This document shows positions 9,784 to 18,966 of a DNA stretch of 64,000 bases, one piece after another (position 1 is the first letter of the stretch; every line of letters starts with the position of its first letter). Position numbers and translations under genes: made by a program. Source of the stretch: a virus (lineage: Duplodnaviria; Caudoviricetes); the IMG/VR virus record IMGVR_UViG_651703101_000001, positions 64,001 through 128,000 of that record, one strand, 5' to 3'. The notes under the pieces were generated by a model, which was given only the letters and a program-made list of their open reading frames with translations, was not told the origin of the DNA and ran no database searches.

Positions 9784-10391
9784 AGGAATTTCTTCTGCAG
9801 TAGTTTTTTATAAGGTTCTTTGTTGATTGATAGAAATGGTCTATACTTTCGTATCTTAAAGGATACGGATTTCCATAACGCATCCTTCAAATCCCTGTCC
9901 CAGGATACCATAAATCCTAGGATCATGTCAAGGACGATGAGGGTTTCTACACAAATTTGTCGTTTGATGTAGAACTTGAGGAGTGCAGGATGTCCTCCCA
10001 CCGTTTTAAAAAGATGGTTAAAGGAATTCCCCGAGGTTGCCAAATAGTCAACCAGTCTGTCGAGATCTTGGCTAATAGTATATTGGAGACTCTGTTGGCG
10101 TTTTTGCCATACCAACCAATTAGCTTTTCCATTTCTCTGAATTTCCCCGATCCAGACCTTTGACGGATCCTCCGCGTTGGCAAAGGTCGCAAGCATGAAC
10201 TCTTCGGTCTCTTTCGGTGTGTGTTTTCTTGCAAGAGTTTCAAAGAACCAAAAGTCCGATCTGTCTTGGTATGTCGTTTCTTTTGCATTTACTTTTCCAT
10301 CATATTGAAAGTAATCAAATTTCTCATTACTGAAATGTTGCTTCATGGCCAGATATTTTTTATAGACCTGAAATCCATGTTCGACTTTCAT
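9780..10391 (-). CDS. gp59: Helicase loader gp59
   Basis: GFQVYKKYLAMKQHF..KFDYFQYDGK, ETLIVLDMILGF, KIRKYRPFL. Confidence 0.92.
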   Translation of the reverse strand: MKVEHGFQVYKKYLAMKQHFSNEKFDYFQYDGKVNAKETTYQDRSDFWFFETLARKHTPKETEEFMLATFANAEDPSKVWIGEIQRNGKANWLVWQKRQQSLQYTISQDLDRLVDYLATSGNSFNHLFKTVGGHPALLKFYIKRQICVETLIVLDMILGFMVSWDRDLKDALWKSVSFKIRKYRPFLSINKEPYKKLLQKKFL

Positions 10392-10645
10392 TAAAATTTA
10401 AGTTTAGGTTGTGCTGGTTGTTTTAGATAGTTGAGTTCTGTTGCATCATATCGTAATTTTTCTTTCAGAGGTTTTGAAATGAGTTTGGATACACTCTCAA
10501 TTTCAATACCATTCGTACTACAGTATTCTACAATTGCATCGATATAATTCAGTTTTGTGACCTGAACTAATTTTTCAATATCTTCTGTGAACTTTTCTTT
10601 ACTGATAAATTTACTTTCTAATTGTTTGTCAAATTCATTGGTCAT
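10391..10645 (-). CDS. gp33: Late transcription coactivator gp33
   Basis: YIDAIVEYC..NGIEIESVSKLISKPLKEKL..DATELNYLK. Confidence 0.92.
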   Translation of the reverse strand: MTNEFDKQLESKFISKEKFTEDIEKLVQVTKLNYIDAIVEYCSTNGIEIESVSKLISKPLKEKLRYDATELNYLKQPAQPKLKF

Positions 10646-11320
10646 AACTGTAGGTTTGGTTGAAAAGATTAACATAGTTTTGTAGTTTTTCTAGGTAGTA
10701 CATAATATTTCTACGTTCAACGATTTGAATTTCCATTTGTTCCGTCATCAAAAACACAACAAGCTTCTTCGGAACTATACCGGTCGTTTCGCTGAACATC
10801 GCCCAATAGCCAGCCAATTGAACAAAGTAATCTTCGATCCATTCTTCTGGCTTTTCTTTCATTGAACCTTTGTAATCGGCAACAGCCAACTCTTTATCTA
10901 CATCGCCGATGTAGTCTGTAGTTCCTGCTACTTTTAGTCGTCTCGATAACATTCGTCTTTCTTGACAAACGATGTTATCGAATCTCATGTCAAGAAAGAA
11001 CTTGGCCGACTTGAACATCCATTGTATCTTGACTTCCTGCCATTCGTCAAGTGATTGATAGTCACCATTTTGTAAGTAGACTTCAATGACTTTGTGTAGT
11101 TTATTTCCTCGATCAGTTGCACATCTTTTGATATAATCTGCTCTTTCTTTTCCTTTTTCCTTTCCCATTCTTTAAACTTGTCTGGATTAGCACCAGCAAT
11201 TACAGTGGTCATGGATGGCACCCAGAGTTTTTTATCCTCTGAATACCATCTCATTCCATTCTTATGATCCCGATGTATCGTCTTGAAGTGATGGTCGTAT
11301 TGTGTATTATGGGTGAACAC
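10635..11320 (-). CDS. PD-(D/E)xK exonuclease (split in ORF track by a frameshift at ~11154-11158)
   Basis: PSMTTVI..KFKEW joined to RGNKLH..AGTTD..ADYKGS..YFVQLAGY; one added A joins the two ORFs. Confidence 0.85.
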
Positions 11321-11321
11321 T

Positions 11322-12077
11322 TTAATTAAATCTTACGCCTAGTGCTGTCTTAGTTACAATGTAATTACGCAATAGACCTGAACGACAAATATCATCTACA
11401 CCCATTTCTACCATTGCAAAGTCATCTGGCATTCTCTCGATAATTCTCATGAATTCATAGATGCCATTCTTCTCTCTTTCCCTGATAAGGTCAGTCTGCA
11501 TAACATCACCACAGAAGATAATTCTGGTGTTCTCACCTACTCTTGTCACGATAGAGTCTAGTTCGTGACCAGACAGGTTCTGGAACTCGTCTACGATCAC
11601 CACGGAGTTATCCAGTGTGACCCCTCTGATGAACGATGTGGACCAGAATTTGATGGTCCCCTGACCCTTGAGGTTATCATAGAGCATGTCGAAGGCGTCA
11701 TCGTTCTGTAACTCAAACATATACTTCACCATATGTTTGTATGGGATTTGGTATACGTCTGCCTTGTCATCGGATGTACCTGGGAGGAATCCAATCTCAC
11801 GACTTGGAACTAGAGAACGAACAAGATAGATCTGATCGTAACTAGGAACATTACTCAGACATGCTTGTAGCGCCTTATACAGTGCCATGAATGTTTTACC
11901 AGTACCTGCACAACCGTAGATGAAAAGATGCTTACCTTCATCCCAAGCCTTAAAGACCTTCTCTTGATTTGCAGTCAAGGGAGTGATCTTGGTCATCAAA
12001 TCGTGATTGATAGGCTTACGGCGTTTTGCACCGCGGTTCATAATCACATTTCCGTTTGAAGTCTTTTTAGTTGCCAT
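11322..12077 (-). CDS. phoH: PhoH family ATPase
   Basis: GCAGTGKT, REIGFLPG, FIRGVTLDN..VDEFQN, GDVMQTDL. Confidence 0.95.
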   Translation of the reverse strand: MATKKTSNGNVIMNRGAKRRKPINHDLMTKITPLTANQEKVFKAWDEGKHLFIYGCAGTGKTFMALYKALQACLSNVPSYDQIYLVRSLVPSREIGFLPGTSDDKADVYQIPYKHMVKYMFELQNDDAFDMLYDNLKGQGTIKFWSTSFIRGVTLDNSVVIVDEFQNLSGHELDSIVTRVGENTRIIFCGDVMQTDLIREREKNGIYEFMRIIERMPDDFAMVEMGVDDICRSGLLRNYIVTKTALGVRFN

Positions 12078-12078
12078 G

Positions 12079-12324
12079 TCAGTAGAGATCCTTTGCGAGT
12101 GATCCAGGTGCTTGTTTTACTCTATCAAGTACGGTTTTCCAACCTGGGTTTTTGTTTGCTAGTTTAGTCTTCCATTCCCCTTCACTAGCGGGAGAAGCAC
12201 AACCCTGAGACCAATCTCGTTTCCACTCAGGATTGTTTTCATACCATTCCATAATATCATGAACACTAACGTCGATGACTTTAGTTTCTCCGGTTTCAAT
12301 ATGTTTTACTGGGTAAAGAGCCAT
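12079..12324 (-). CDS. Conserved cyanophage hypothetical protein
   Basis: YPVKHIETGETK...GWKTVLDRVKQAPGS, typical gene upstream of phoH. Confidence 0.75.
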   Translation of the reverse strand: MALYPVKHIETGETKVIDVSVHDIMEWYENNPEWKRDWSQGCASPASEGEWKTKLANKNPGWKTVLDRVKQAPGSLAKDLY

Positions 12325-12488
12325 AATTGTTTTGGTGTTTGTTGATATGTTGGTTTATGAAACCTACAATACTCATTGAATGTAATTTTCATTTCTTTGT
12401 TAGTTAGACCACAGTTCTTTGCAGCCTGTGGTACGTTCCACTTTGCGGAGAATAACATCTCCATCGATTGTCTAGTTGCTGGTCTCAT
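12306..12488 (-). CDS. Small HTH-like cyanophage protein
   Basis: WNVPQAAKNCGLTNKEMKITF pattern. Confidence 0.6.
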   Translation of the reverse strand: MRPATRQSMEMLFSAKWNVPQAAKNCGLTNKEMKITFNEYCRFHKPTYQQTPKQLWLFTQ

Positions 12489-13158
12489 TTAGTGCCTCAG
12501 CAACATCAGGGAATACATGTTTGAAGACATCATAACATCCTTGTGCAATTAATTGATGTTCTTTCTGTGTTCCGTTTCCACTTCTTAGACCGATATAGTG
12601 AATCCAAGAGCGACAAGAACCGGTCATATAAAGACGCGTATTACATTGTTCTGGAAGCACCTTCCGTGCACATTCTTTGGCGACACCTGAATCTAGAAGA
12701 TTGTTGTAGAGGAACATAGCATCATCATAGTGTTTTTGAATCTTCTTCTGATAGTCCTCAACCAAACCTGGGGGAAGATCATCGATAGAATTTTGACGAT
12801 TCTTGGTATCTTGTCTACGAAGTTCTGGAACTTGAATATCAGAGTTTAGAGTTCTGGTGTCCGCATATCGTTGTGAAAACTCCTGAAAACGGAACGAACT
12901 GTGTCTGATAATCTGATGTGAAATATCTCTTGTGGTATTGATTTCCACAGTCATTGAAGCAGTTTCAAAGATACTCCAATGTTTCTCTTTGATACAATAC
13001 CTAAGAAGTCCGGCTGCAGTATTGAACTTATCTTGATTACTTGGGTTACTAACTCTTGCAACATAGGTAATGACTTCTTGCGGAGACTTCCCTTGTAAGA
13101 CTCCCGCACCGGATGTTGTTGCAATAAGTTTAACCGGACTGTCATTATCTGACATCAT
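12472..13158 (-). CDS. thyX: Flavin-dependent thymidylate synthase
   Basis: HWSIFE, QIIRHSSFRFQEFSQRY, RSWIHYIGLR; start moved to the ATGA-coupled ATG at 13158. Confidence 0.95.
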   Translation of the reverse strand: MMSDNDSPVKLIATTSGAGVLQGKSPQEVITYVARVSNPSNQDKFNTAAGLLRYCIKEKHWSIFETASMTVEINTTRDISHQIIRHSSFRFQEFSQRYADTRTLNSDIQVPELRRQDTKNRQNSIDDLPPGLVEDYQKKIQKHYDDAMFLYNNLLDSGVAKECARKVLPEQCNTRLYMTGSCRSWIHYIGLRSGNGTQKEHQLIAQGCYDVFKHVFPDVAEALNETSN

Positions 13159-13409
13159 GACGCTTCTGTAGGCTTGTCGGAGTCCTTCTGCGACTTGTTC
13201 CATTGTTTGTGGTTCTGGTTTCCAGATTCCTTGCATGTTGGTGTAAATCCTTTGGTTGCTCGTGTGATTAGTTGTTTCTTCTTTCTGGCAATTTTCATCA
13301 ACTTAAGTTGAAGTTCCATGTATGCCAGCTCCGCAGTGGAGTACATGTTTCTCTTTTGTTCGTCTTTGACGATTCTACGGACAAGTTTTTCTGTTTTAGA
13401 TTTCTTCAT
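13155..13409 (-). CDS. Hypothetical protein
   Basis: YSTAELAYM..KGF pattern seen in cyanophage small proteins. Confidence 0.6.
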   Translation of the reverse strand: MKKSKTEKLVRRIVKDEQKRNMYSTAELAYMELQLKLMKIARKKKQLITRATKGFTPTCKESGNQNHKQWNKSQKDSDKPTEAS

Positions 13410-13915
13410 TCGGTCTCATCCTGTAGTCCAAGTTCAGGGAAGGCGTCGATCACATTCTGTTTAGTGATCTTATATTTACTGGTTAGTTTTTTGTCCTTAA
13501 CTAGATCCAAGAGTTCTGCCTCCGATGCATGAAGAACCTCTAAAAGTTGAACCCATAGTTGTTCTTTTTTGACCTGAGCAATTCTAGGTTCAGTTTTACC
13601 AGAACAACCAAAATAAGTTACTCCATTAACGGTCTTAGCGATGAAGTTCTCTAGGTGTCTATGCTCAACGAACAGAATTTGGTGTTCGATTCCTGCAGGA
13701 AGATTACAAGGAGTATATGGTGTTTCTCCACTGGGAAACACGTATCTAATATTCTTTGCAAAGTTACTGAGAAGAATCTTGGTCAACGCCTCGGATTTAT
13801 ACTCTTTGAGAATTGCAACCTTCTCGTCTTTTGTTTTTGCGTTAGAAACGCGCTGAAGAACTTCAGAGATAAGTGTTTTACTTACTGGAAGTTTTGGTGT
13901 TGCTGGTCTGGCCAT
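13406..13915 (-). CDS. Conserved T4-like cyanophage hypothetical protein
   Basis: LISEVLQRVSNAKTK..PSGETPY..QLLEVLHASEAELL..VKDK. Confidence 0.8.
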   Translation of the reverse strand: MARPATPKLPVSKTLISEVLQRVSNAKTKDEKVAILKEYKSEALTKILLSNFAKNIRYVFPSGETPYTPCNLPAGIEHQILFVEHRHLENFIAKTVNGVTYFGCSGKTEPRIAQVKKEQLWVQLLEVLHASEAELLDLVKDKKLTSKYKITKQNVIDAFPELGLQDETE

Positions 13916-13916
13916 A

Positions 13917-14759
13917 TTATGTGAATTCTGATAGAATGTCTGTTATGTTATGTTGTGAGAAATACTCCAATGAGATTCCAGTAGGAATCACAGCTTTATG
14001 ATATATCGTAAGAATACGATCACGGATTGCTTGTGGAATATATTGAAAGTCGATGAGTTGAGCATTTCTTTTCCAGTTGCGAATCCGAACAAAGTTATTG
14101 AAGTTTTTTGGATCCATAGTTGCAAGAGTTTGAATCTTTTCTGCACTCATTTTCTTTTGAGGTTTATGATTCACAATTGCATCATCACATGTCAGAATGT
14201 TAGGAATTCCATCAGATCTATCTCCACGAATGATATGTTCTTGTAGATAGAAAATAGGATATTCTTCTTTAATCCAACGATTACGAATTGGGTCGTATTG
14301 CTTTACGAAGTCGTATTTGTGAAGTTGAATGAAATCTTTATCAGCTGACAGAATTAATACTCGATCAGGTATTTCTCTGTGAGAATTATGCATACATAGA
14401 GTTGCAATAATATCGTCAGCTTCTGCCCCCTGAGCCTGAATTACTTTATATGGAAAGTTAATTCTTATCTCATCCCTGATCTTATTTAGTACGGAAAACA
14501 CATGATCCCAGTCAATGTTGGATTCTTCCCTTTCTTGTTTACGATTCTTTTTATAAAGAGGAAAGACTTCCTTTCTCCAATATTCCTTGTCATCATAACA
14601 AAGAACCATTTCTCCATACTCTCTACGATACTTATTGTGAATTCTTCCAAGTACACGAATTACTGATTTCCTTACAGTCTCTATATTAATTCCTTTCTCA
14701 ATTTTATTTCTTACCATTAGGTGACTAATGGAGATTTGATTTGCGTCAATGAGTATCAT
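13917..14759 (-). CDS. rnh: T4-type RNase H (5'-3' exonuclease)
   Basis: ILIDANQI, YWRKEVFPLYKKNR, EADDII, SADKDFIQL, GDRSDGIPN. Confidence 0.95.
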   Translation of the reverse strand: MILIDANQISISHLMVRNKIEKGINIETVRKSVIRVLGRIHNKYRREYGEMVLCYDDKEYWRKEVFPLYKKNRKQEREESNIDWDHVFSVLNKIRDEIRINFPYKVIQAQGAEADDIIATLCMHNSHREIPDRVLILSADKDFIQLHKYDFVKQYDPIRNRWIKEEYPIFYLQEHIIRGDRSDGIPNILTCDDAIVNHKPQKKMSAEKIQTLATMDPKNFNNFVRIRNWKRNAQLIDFQYIPQAIRDRILTIYHKAVIPTGISLEYFSQHNITDILSEFT

Positions 14760-14792
14760 GTGTTTAGGGTATTTCCCTCCTGGGTCTTACAT

Positions 14793-14850
14793 ATTCTAAC
14801 ACAAAAAGGGGACCCCTAGGGATCCCCTGTGCCAGTAGATTAACTGTCAA
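14793..14850 (-). promoter_or_regulatory. Palindrome + terminator hairpin + extended -10 promoter (rnh)
   Basis: GTGCCAGT-N6-ACTGTCAA at 14829-14850, 30 nt from TAGAAT at 14793-14798. Confidence 0.75.
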
Positions 14851-15094
14851 TCTCTACATCTTCATGGTCCCAATCTTCATCAGGATCATAACCCAATTCA
14901 AAGTTTACAGCAATATATTCTTCTTTGATGAGTTTTCCTTTCTTGTCGAAGATTTCTGGATGAGGATTTTCCTTGAAAATCTTATCAAACTCATGAACAT
15001 TCCACGCAACATATTCTCGGTATCTTTCGTTGACAATAATACCAAGTGTAATTCCAACAAGAAGGAAAAGAATAGAAAATAGTGCTGTGTACAT
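14840..15094 (-). CDS. Conserved small membrane protein
   Basis: TM helix followed by HPEIFDKKG motif. Confidence 0.7.
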   Translation of the reverse strand: MYTALFSILFLLVGITLGIIVNERYREYVAWNVHEFDKIFKENPHPEIFDKKGKLIKEEYIAVNFELGYDPDEDWDHEDVEIDS

Positions 15095-15095
15095 G

Positions 15096-15239
15096 TTACT
15101 CTTTTTGTTTAATTTTGAATGAGATTTCAATCTCTTTGTTTAGGAAGTTAAATATTACTTCCCAATTAACAATGTACTTTGGTTCCTTTTTAAGGAACTT
15201 GAAGGGTCTCGTTAACATTGCTTCGAAGCCCCTGTTCAT
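15096..15239 (-). CDS. 47-aa hypothetical protein (not in ORF track)
   Basis: MNRGFEAMLTRPFKFLKKEPKYIVNWEVIFNFLNKEIEISFKIKQKE fills the operon gap. Confidence 0.55.
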   Translation of the reverse strand: MNRGFEAMLTRPFKFLKKEPKYIVNWEVIFNFLNKEIEISFKIKQKE

Positions 15240-15249
15240 TCTATTTAGT

Positions 15250-15492
15250 TTATTTGACATAGTTGTGTTCAACCAGATACTTTATAGTATCTCTCATACC
15301 CCCAACACTTTCATGATTGACACATGTTTGTGGGAATGTAGATCCCTGTCCGAATTTATCTAAAAATTGATCTACTGTGAAGTCTTCTCCTAGAATGAAT
15401 TTGTTATAGCTGAATCCTTTCTTATCGAGAAATTCGGTAAGCTTGTCGCAGAATCCACATCCATTTTTGGAATAAACGTATAGTTGAGGCAT
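15250..15492 (-). CDS. nrdC: Glutaredoxin
   Basis: YSKNGCGFC, STFPQ, VGG. Confidence 0.92.
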   Translation of the reverse strand: MPQLYVYSKNGCGFCDKLTEFLDKKGFSYNKFILGEDFTVDQFLDKFGQGSTFPQTCVNHESVGGMRDTIKYLVEHNYVK

Positions 15493-15559
15493 AAAAAATG
15501 AGGTAGTGTAGACTACCTCTATTTAATCAGATTATTTTAGACTTGTCAAATCTACCAGT

Positions 15560-15751
15560 TCAGAAAATGCCTGGGAGAATCTGACCAGTGGTAGCGTACG
15601 CACCGAGGGCTGCTACGAATCCGATCATTGCAAGTCTTCCATTGAGAAGTTCTGCGAATCTAGTGAATCCTGCGGTTGGTTCTGACATAATAATTTGTGG
15701 CTCCTTGGCGAAAATGTTTTGTTGTCCTTTGTCGTTTGTTGTAACTGTCAT
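15560..15751 (-). CDS. hli: High-light inducible protein
   Basis: AELLNGRLAMIGF...TGQILPGIF. Confidence 0.96.
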   Translation of the reverse strand: MTVTTNDKGQQNIFAKEPQIIMSEPTAGFTRFAELLNGRLAMIGFVAALGAYATTGQILPGIF

Positions 15752-15768
15752 AATAAAGTTCCGACTGT

Positions 15769-15930
15769 TTATTTATTCTGTGTTGTGGTGTGTTGTGTTG
15801 GTGGACTTTTGTTGTAAATTTCTCCCATCACTGAAAGTAAAGGGACGAATATTGAAAGTAGTCCGATGCCGCCCCCGATGATTATAGAGTTTATATCTAT
15901 CGAGGGCGGCAGTTTAGGGCCTGGTGTCAT
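15769..15930 (-). CDS. 53-aa single-TM protein upstream of hli (not in ORF track)
   Basis: MTPGPKLPPSIDINSIIIGGGIGLLSIFVPLLSVMGEIYNKSPPTQHTTTQNK; ATGA-coupled. Confidence 0.5.
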   Translation of the reverse strand: MTPGPKLPPSIDINSIIIGGGIGLLSIFVPLLSVMGEIYNKSPPTQHTTTQNK

Positions 15931-16136
15931 TGTCTAGGGTTCCAAAAGTCAACGGATAGTAATATCTCATCGTGTGTCTTATCTATAGGATAATGTTCGA
16001 TGCACTTTTTTGCTGCATCTCTGATGAGTTTAGGAATTTTAGGTGTTACTTTTGGATCCGTCAGACAATGTAGAAGCTTGTAGGTTTCCTTCACTGAATA
16101 GTATTCCTGATCGGTTAGAATTTGCAATTCCTTCAT
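15927..16136 (-). CDS. Hypothetical protein
   Basis: DPKVTPKIPKLIRDAAKKCIEHYP motif common in T4-like phages. Confidence 0.65.
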   Translation of the reverse strand: MKELQILTDQEYYSVKETYKLLHCLTDPKVTPKIPKLIRDAAKKCIEHYPIDKTHDEILLSVDFWNPRQ

Positions 16137-16593
16137 ATCTAAGCATTTTACTATATTCTTTAATTAGTTCCTCAGCAATTAGTTTTTCAACTATTTTTCT
16201 TCTATAGTCCTCTGTGATTTCTCTAGATATCATTTTGCTAAGTTCTTTTAGAACAGTTTGTGAAGTCTGTGGATTTCTGAGATCGTCTATTTGATAACTT
16301 GAGATCATTAATGAAACATTAGATGACCAATTTCCAATAATATACTGGACACCTACATGCCAGATGCGATCAATATATGACGCATCTAATTCAAACTGTA
16401 ACTTTTTAATCTCAAATCCTTTTTGGGGTTCATACCAATATCGATTGGGCCCATGTGAAGTAATATAATCTGCATTAGTTAGTGTAGTTATTGCAGTAAC
16501 ATCTGATTGTATCAGATTAGTAAAATTATTATTTTTGAGTTCGGGTTCAACGTCACCCTGAACATATTTTTTATAAATTTCTTCGGCATTCAT
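16039..16593 (-). CDS. Hypothetical protein (MNAEEIY N-terminus)
   Basis: ATGA-coupled start at 16593. Confidence 0.6.
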   Translation of the reverse strand: MNAEEIYKKYVQGDVEPELKNNNFTNLIQSDVTAITTLTNADYITSHGPNRYWYEPQKGFEIKKLQFELDASYIDRIWHVGVQYIIGNWSSNVSLMISSYQIDDLRNPQTSQTVLKELSKMISREITEDYRRKIVEKLIAEELIKEYSKMLRYEGIANSNRSGILFSEGNLQASTLSDGSKSNT

Positions 16594-16865
16594 GATGTAA
16601 ATAAATTGCAATCAGTTGGTATTTCTTTTAGGAGAGTTTCCACTAACTCTCCTTTAGTTGCTTGAGATAAGAGTCTATTCTGAACTATTCGTTGATGCAT
16701 CATCTTTCCATTTCTACATGTAAATAATGGTGCATCTTGAGAAATAGACGTTGCTGCACATGCATCACTCATTCCCAAACTACAACTCGGCCTAGGAGGA
16801 CTTACAGCTATTATAATAGCTGCGGCCAGAATTCTACTTAATAGTATAAGAATGTTGGATAACAT
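16590..16865 (-). CDS. Small secreted/membrane protein
   Basis: Signal-like hydrophobic N-terminus, four Cys. Confidence 0.55.
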   Translation of the reverse strand: MLSNILILLSRILAAAIIIAVSPPRPSCSLGMSDACAATSISQDAPLFTCRNGKMMHQRIVQNRLLSQATKGELVETLLKEIPTDCNLFTS

Positions 16866-18118
16866 TAGATTAAAATTTGTCCTGGGATTCTCCTAGGCTG
16901 ATCTTCATCATCTTTTAGTGCAATCAAATTTGCAGTGACAACAGGAATATGATTATCTCTCCACCAATCACCATGGTAGTGAGTTTCTAATCGATTGACC
17001 ATGAATCTTATATCGGTATTCCGAATGAAGTCAGCTTGTTGTTTTTGTGTGTAATACCAAAAACTATTCTGATTCCAGAAAGAAACATGTGTCGGATCCT
17101 GCCATGCACCCCGGCCATCTGTTGATGGAACTTCGATGAATGCCCACCCACCGTGATGAAGAACACGATGAATTTCCCTCATAGATTTGATAGGATCCTT
17201 TAGATGTTCTAGAACGTGTGATGCATTCAGAACGCCTACAGAATTATCTTCCAGAGGTATACCATTATTTAGGTCACAAGTAATTTCTCCGTCCTCTTGA
17301 TCGATAGTAATGTACCCAGGTCGTGGGTTCATTCCACCGCCGATATCAACTTTGAGCTTTCCATTTAGTTCAGCGTCACGTTCTGCAAGTCTACGTGACC
17401 AGACATCCCGAAGCATTACTGTTTGTTTTTGAATATCCTTTGACTTTGCGAGCCAAGTATTATCACCTGTAATTCTATAGATATAGAGAACTTCATTCAA
17501 TTGAATGAACTTTGATCTTAGATATGTACGAATCATTAGGTCCTGATCATCTAAGACTTCCATTTCCTTATTGTGTCCCCCAATCTCACGGTAAACACTC
17601 GCTCTCCAGGCCCTCACGTGGTCTGGAGCGAACCAAATCAGACAGAGGGAATGGCTGGATGGCTGAAAGGTCAGTGGGGCCCATAGTTCCTTTCCGTCAA
17701 TAGTTACCTTTCGGTGTTGCCAACCAAAGGAAGAATCGTAGGGAATGAACTTGTCTGCATAATGAAGTTTTGCATTATCACTACCAACGAAACCAACTTC
17801 GGAATCCTGAAATTCTTCAGCCAATCTTGTTAGACAGTGTGGAAGTAGCAGATCATCATGATCTGCTTCCACTAGAATATCTCCGCGACCGCGGTGAAAG
17901 GCCATGTGTTTGTGATATCCGACTTTCTTACTATTGGTCCTATCTTCAAATACCCTAACTCTGGGATCCCTCGCCCATGAAACTTCATCCCTACCTACTC
18001 CATTATTCAACCATAGAACCCACTCCCAGTCTTGATGATACTGTTTAAGAATTGATTCATATAGTTCCTTAAGATGTTTAGTAACTTTATGAGTTGGTGT
18101 AATGATTGAAAATTTCAT
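16865..18118 (-). CDS. GT2 glycosyltransferase fused to class I SAM methyltransferase-like domain
   Basis: FSIITPTH, EADHDD, LDDQDLMIR; C-terminal VDIGGG, ASHVLEH, EIHRVL, QDPTH. Confidence 0.85.
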   Translation of the reverse strand: MKFSIITPTHKVTKHLKELYESILKQYHQDWEWVLWLNNGVGRDEVSWARDPRVRVFEDRTNSKKVGYHKHMAFHRGRGDILVEADHDDLLLPHCLTRLAEEFQDSEVGFVGSDNAKLHYADKFIPYDSSFGWQHRKVTIDGKELWAPLTFQPSSHSLCLIWFAPDHVRAWRASVYREIGGHNKEMEVLDDQDLMIRTYLRSKFIQLNEVLYIYRITGDNTWLAKSKDIQKQTVMLRDVWSRRLAERDAELNGKLKVDIGGGMNPRPGYITIDQEDGEITCDLNNGIPLEDNSVGVLNASHVLEHLKDPIKSMREIHRVLHHGGWAFIEVPSTDGRGAWQDPTHVSFWNQNSFWYYTQKQQADFIRNTDIRFMVNRLETHYHGDWWRDNHIPVVTANLIALKDDEDQPRRIPGQILI

Positions 18119-18124
18119 AGTGTG

Positions 18125-18355
18125 TTAGGATCCTTCGTTGGTTTCTTTATATCCGTCTAAGTATTCGTCTGGAAATTCTTTGATGTAGACATCATCAAGA
18201 TATTTGTAATACTCTTCCATGAATTTGTTCTTTTCTTTTTGTGGAAGTTGGGATAACAATTGTAGAGTAAGTTGTTTGATTTCCTCTTTGGAGTATTCTG
18301 GGTGGTATCTCTCAAAGAGATCTATATACTGGCCAATGTCTTCAATAGTTCTCAT
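18125..18355 (-). CDS. Hypothetical protein
   Basis: 76-aa ORF in operon. Confidence 0.6.
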   Translation of the reverse strand: MRTIEDIGQYIDLFERYHPEYSKEEIKQLTLQLLSQLPQKEKNKFMEEYYKYLDDVYIKEFPDEYLDGYKETNEGS

Positions 18356-18367
18356 AGTTTAACCCAT

Positions 18368-18886
18368 TCATTTATTTTCTTTTATTAAATCTTGAAACAC
18401 TGCTTCTGTTTCTTCTTCGATATCATCCTTGATCATTTGCATAACTATATCATTAATTTCATTCTCTACTTTCTTATCGAATTTTTGTTGTTCCAGTTGT
18501 AAGTTGTAATGTTTCTCATACTGATCGAGTTTCAACATTGTAGAGGGATCAACATAAAATCCGTCAAGTTCTTGGGTAGACGCAATATCTAACCATTTTT
18601 GATATAGAAAGTCAGACAAGTCCCCAGGAAAGACACATTCGACACTCTTAGCCTTCCCAATCCCAAGATAGTCTATTTGGGTTCTCTTACTATATGAACC
18701 CTTCGGTGGACAATATTCATAATACTCGGCGATGTCATCTTTCTTTCTACCGAATAGACCCCAGGCAAAGAATCCGCGTTTCACTTGTTGTTCTAGTTTA
18801 CGTTGGTTGCGCAAGTATACTTCCATTGCATCTGTTTGTTTTTTGAACTGAACCCAATCAATTTCGTTTGGAAAGTTTTTGGCCAT
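18368..18886 (-). CDS. Hypothetical protein
   Basis: 172-aa ORF directly downstream of a palindrome-type promoter. Confidence 0.65.
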   Translation of the reverse strand: MAKNFPNEIDWVQFKKQTDAMEVYLRNQRKLEQQVKRGFFAWGLFGRKKDDIAEYYEYCPPKGSYSKRTQIDYLGIGKAKSVECVFPGDLSDFLYQKWLDIASTQELDGFYVDPSTMLKLDQYEKHYNLQLEQQKFDKKVENEINDIVMQMIKDDIEEETEAVFQDLIKENK

Positions 18887-18907
18887 ATGGAAATTTTGTT
18901 CTCAAGA

Positions 18908-18965
18908 ATTCTAACACAAAAAAGGGAGGGCTACGCCTCCCTTGTGACAGTTGTTAAAGTGTCCT
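18908..18965 (-). promoter_or_regulatory. Palindrome + terminator hairpin + extended -10 promoter
   Basis: GTGACAGT-N6-AGTGTCC at 18944, 30 nt from TAGAAT at 18908-18913. Confidence 0.75.
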
Positions 18966-18966
18966 T

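Noticed and set aside
10635-11320. Cas4-like nuclease as evidence of a CRISPR system
   Set aside because: Standard cyanophage exonuclease between phoH and gp33; no array or other cas genes in the window
15865-15912. Strong 13-bp hairpin and CA-rich tract upstream of hli suggesting an sRNA (Yfr1-like)
   Set aside because: It lies inside a coupled 53-aa TM ORF (15769-15930) and lacks the Yfr1 ACUCCUCACAC motif; the coding explanation suffices
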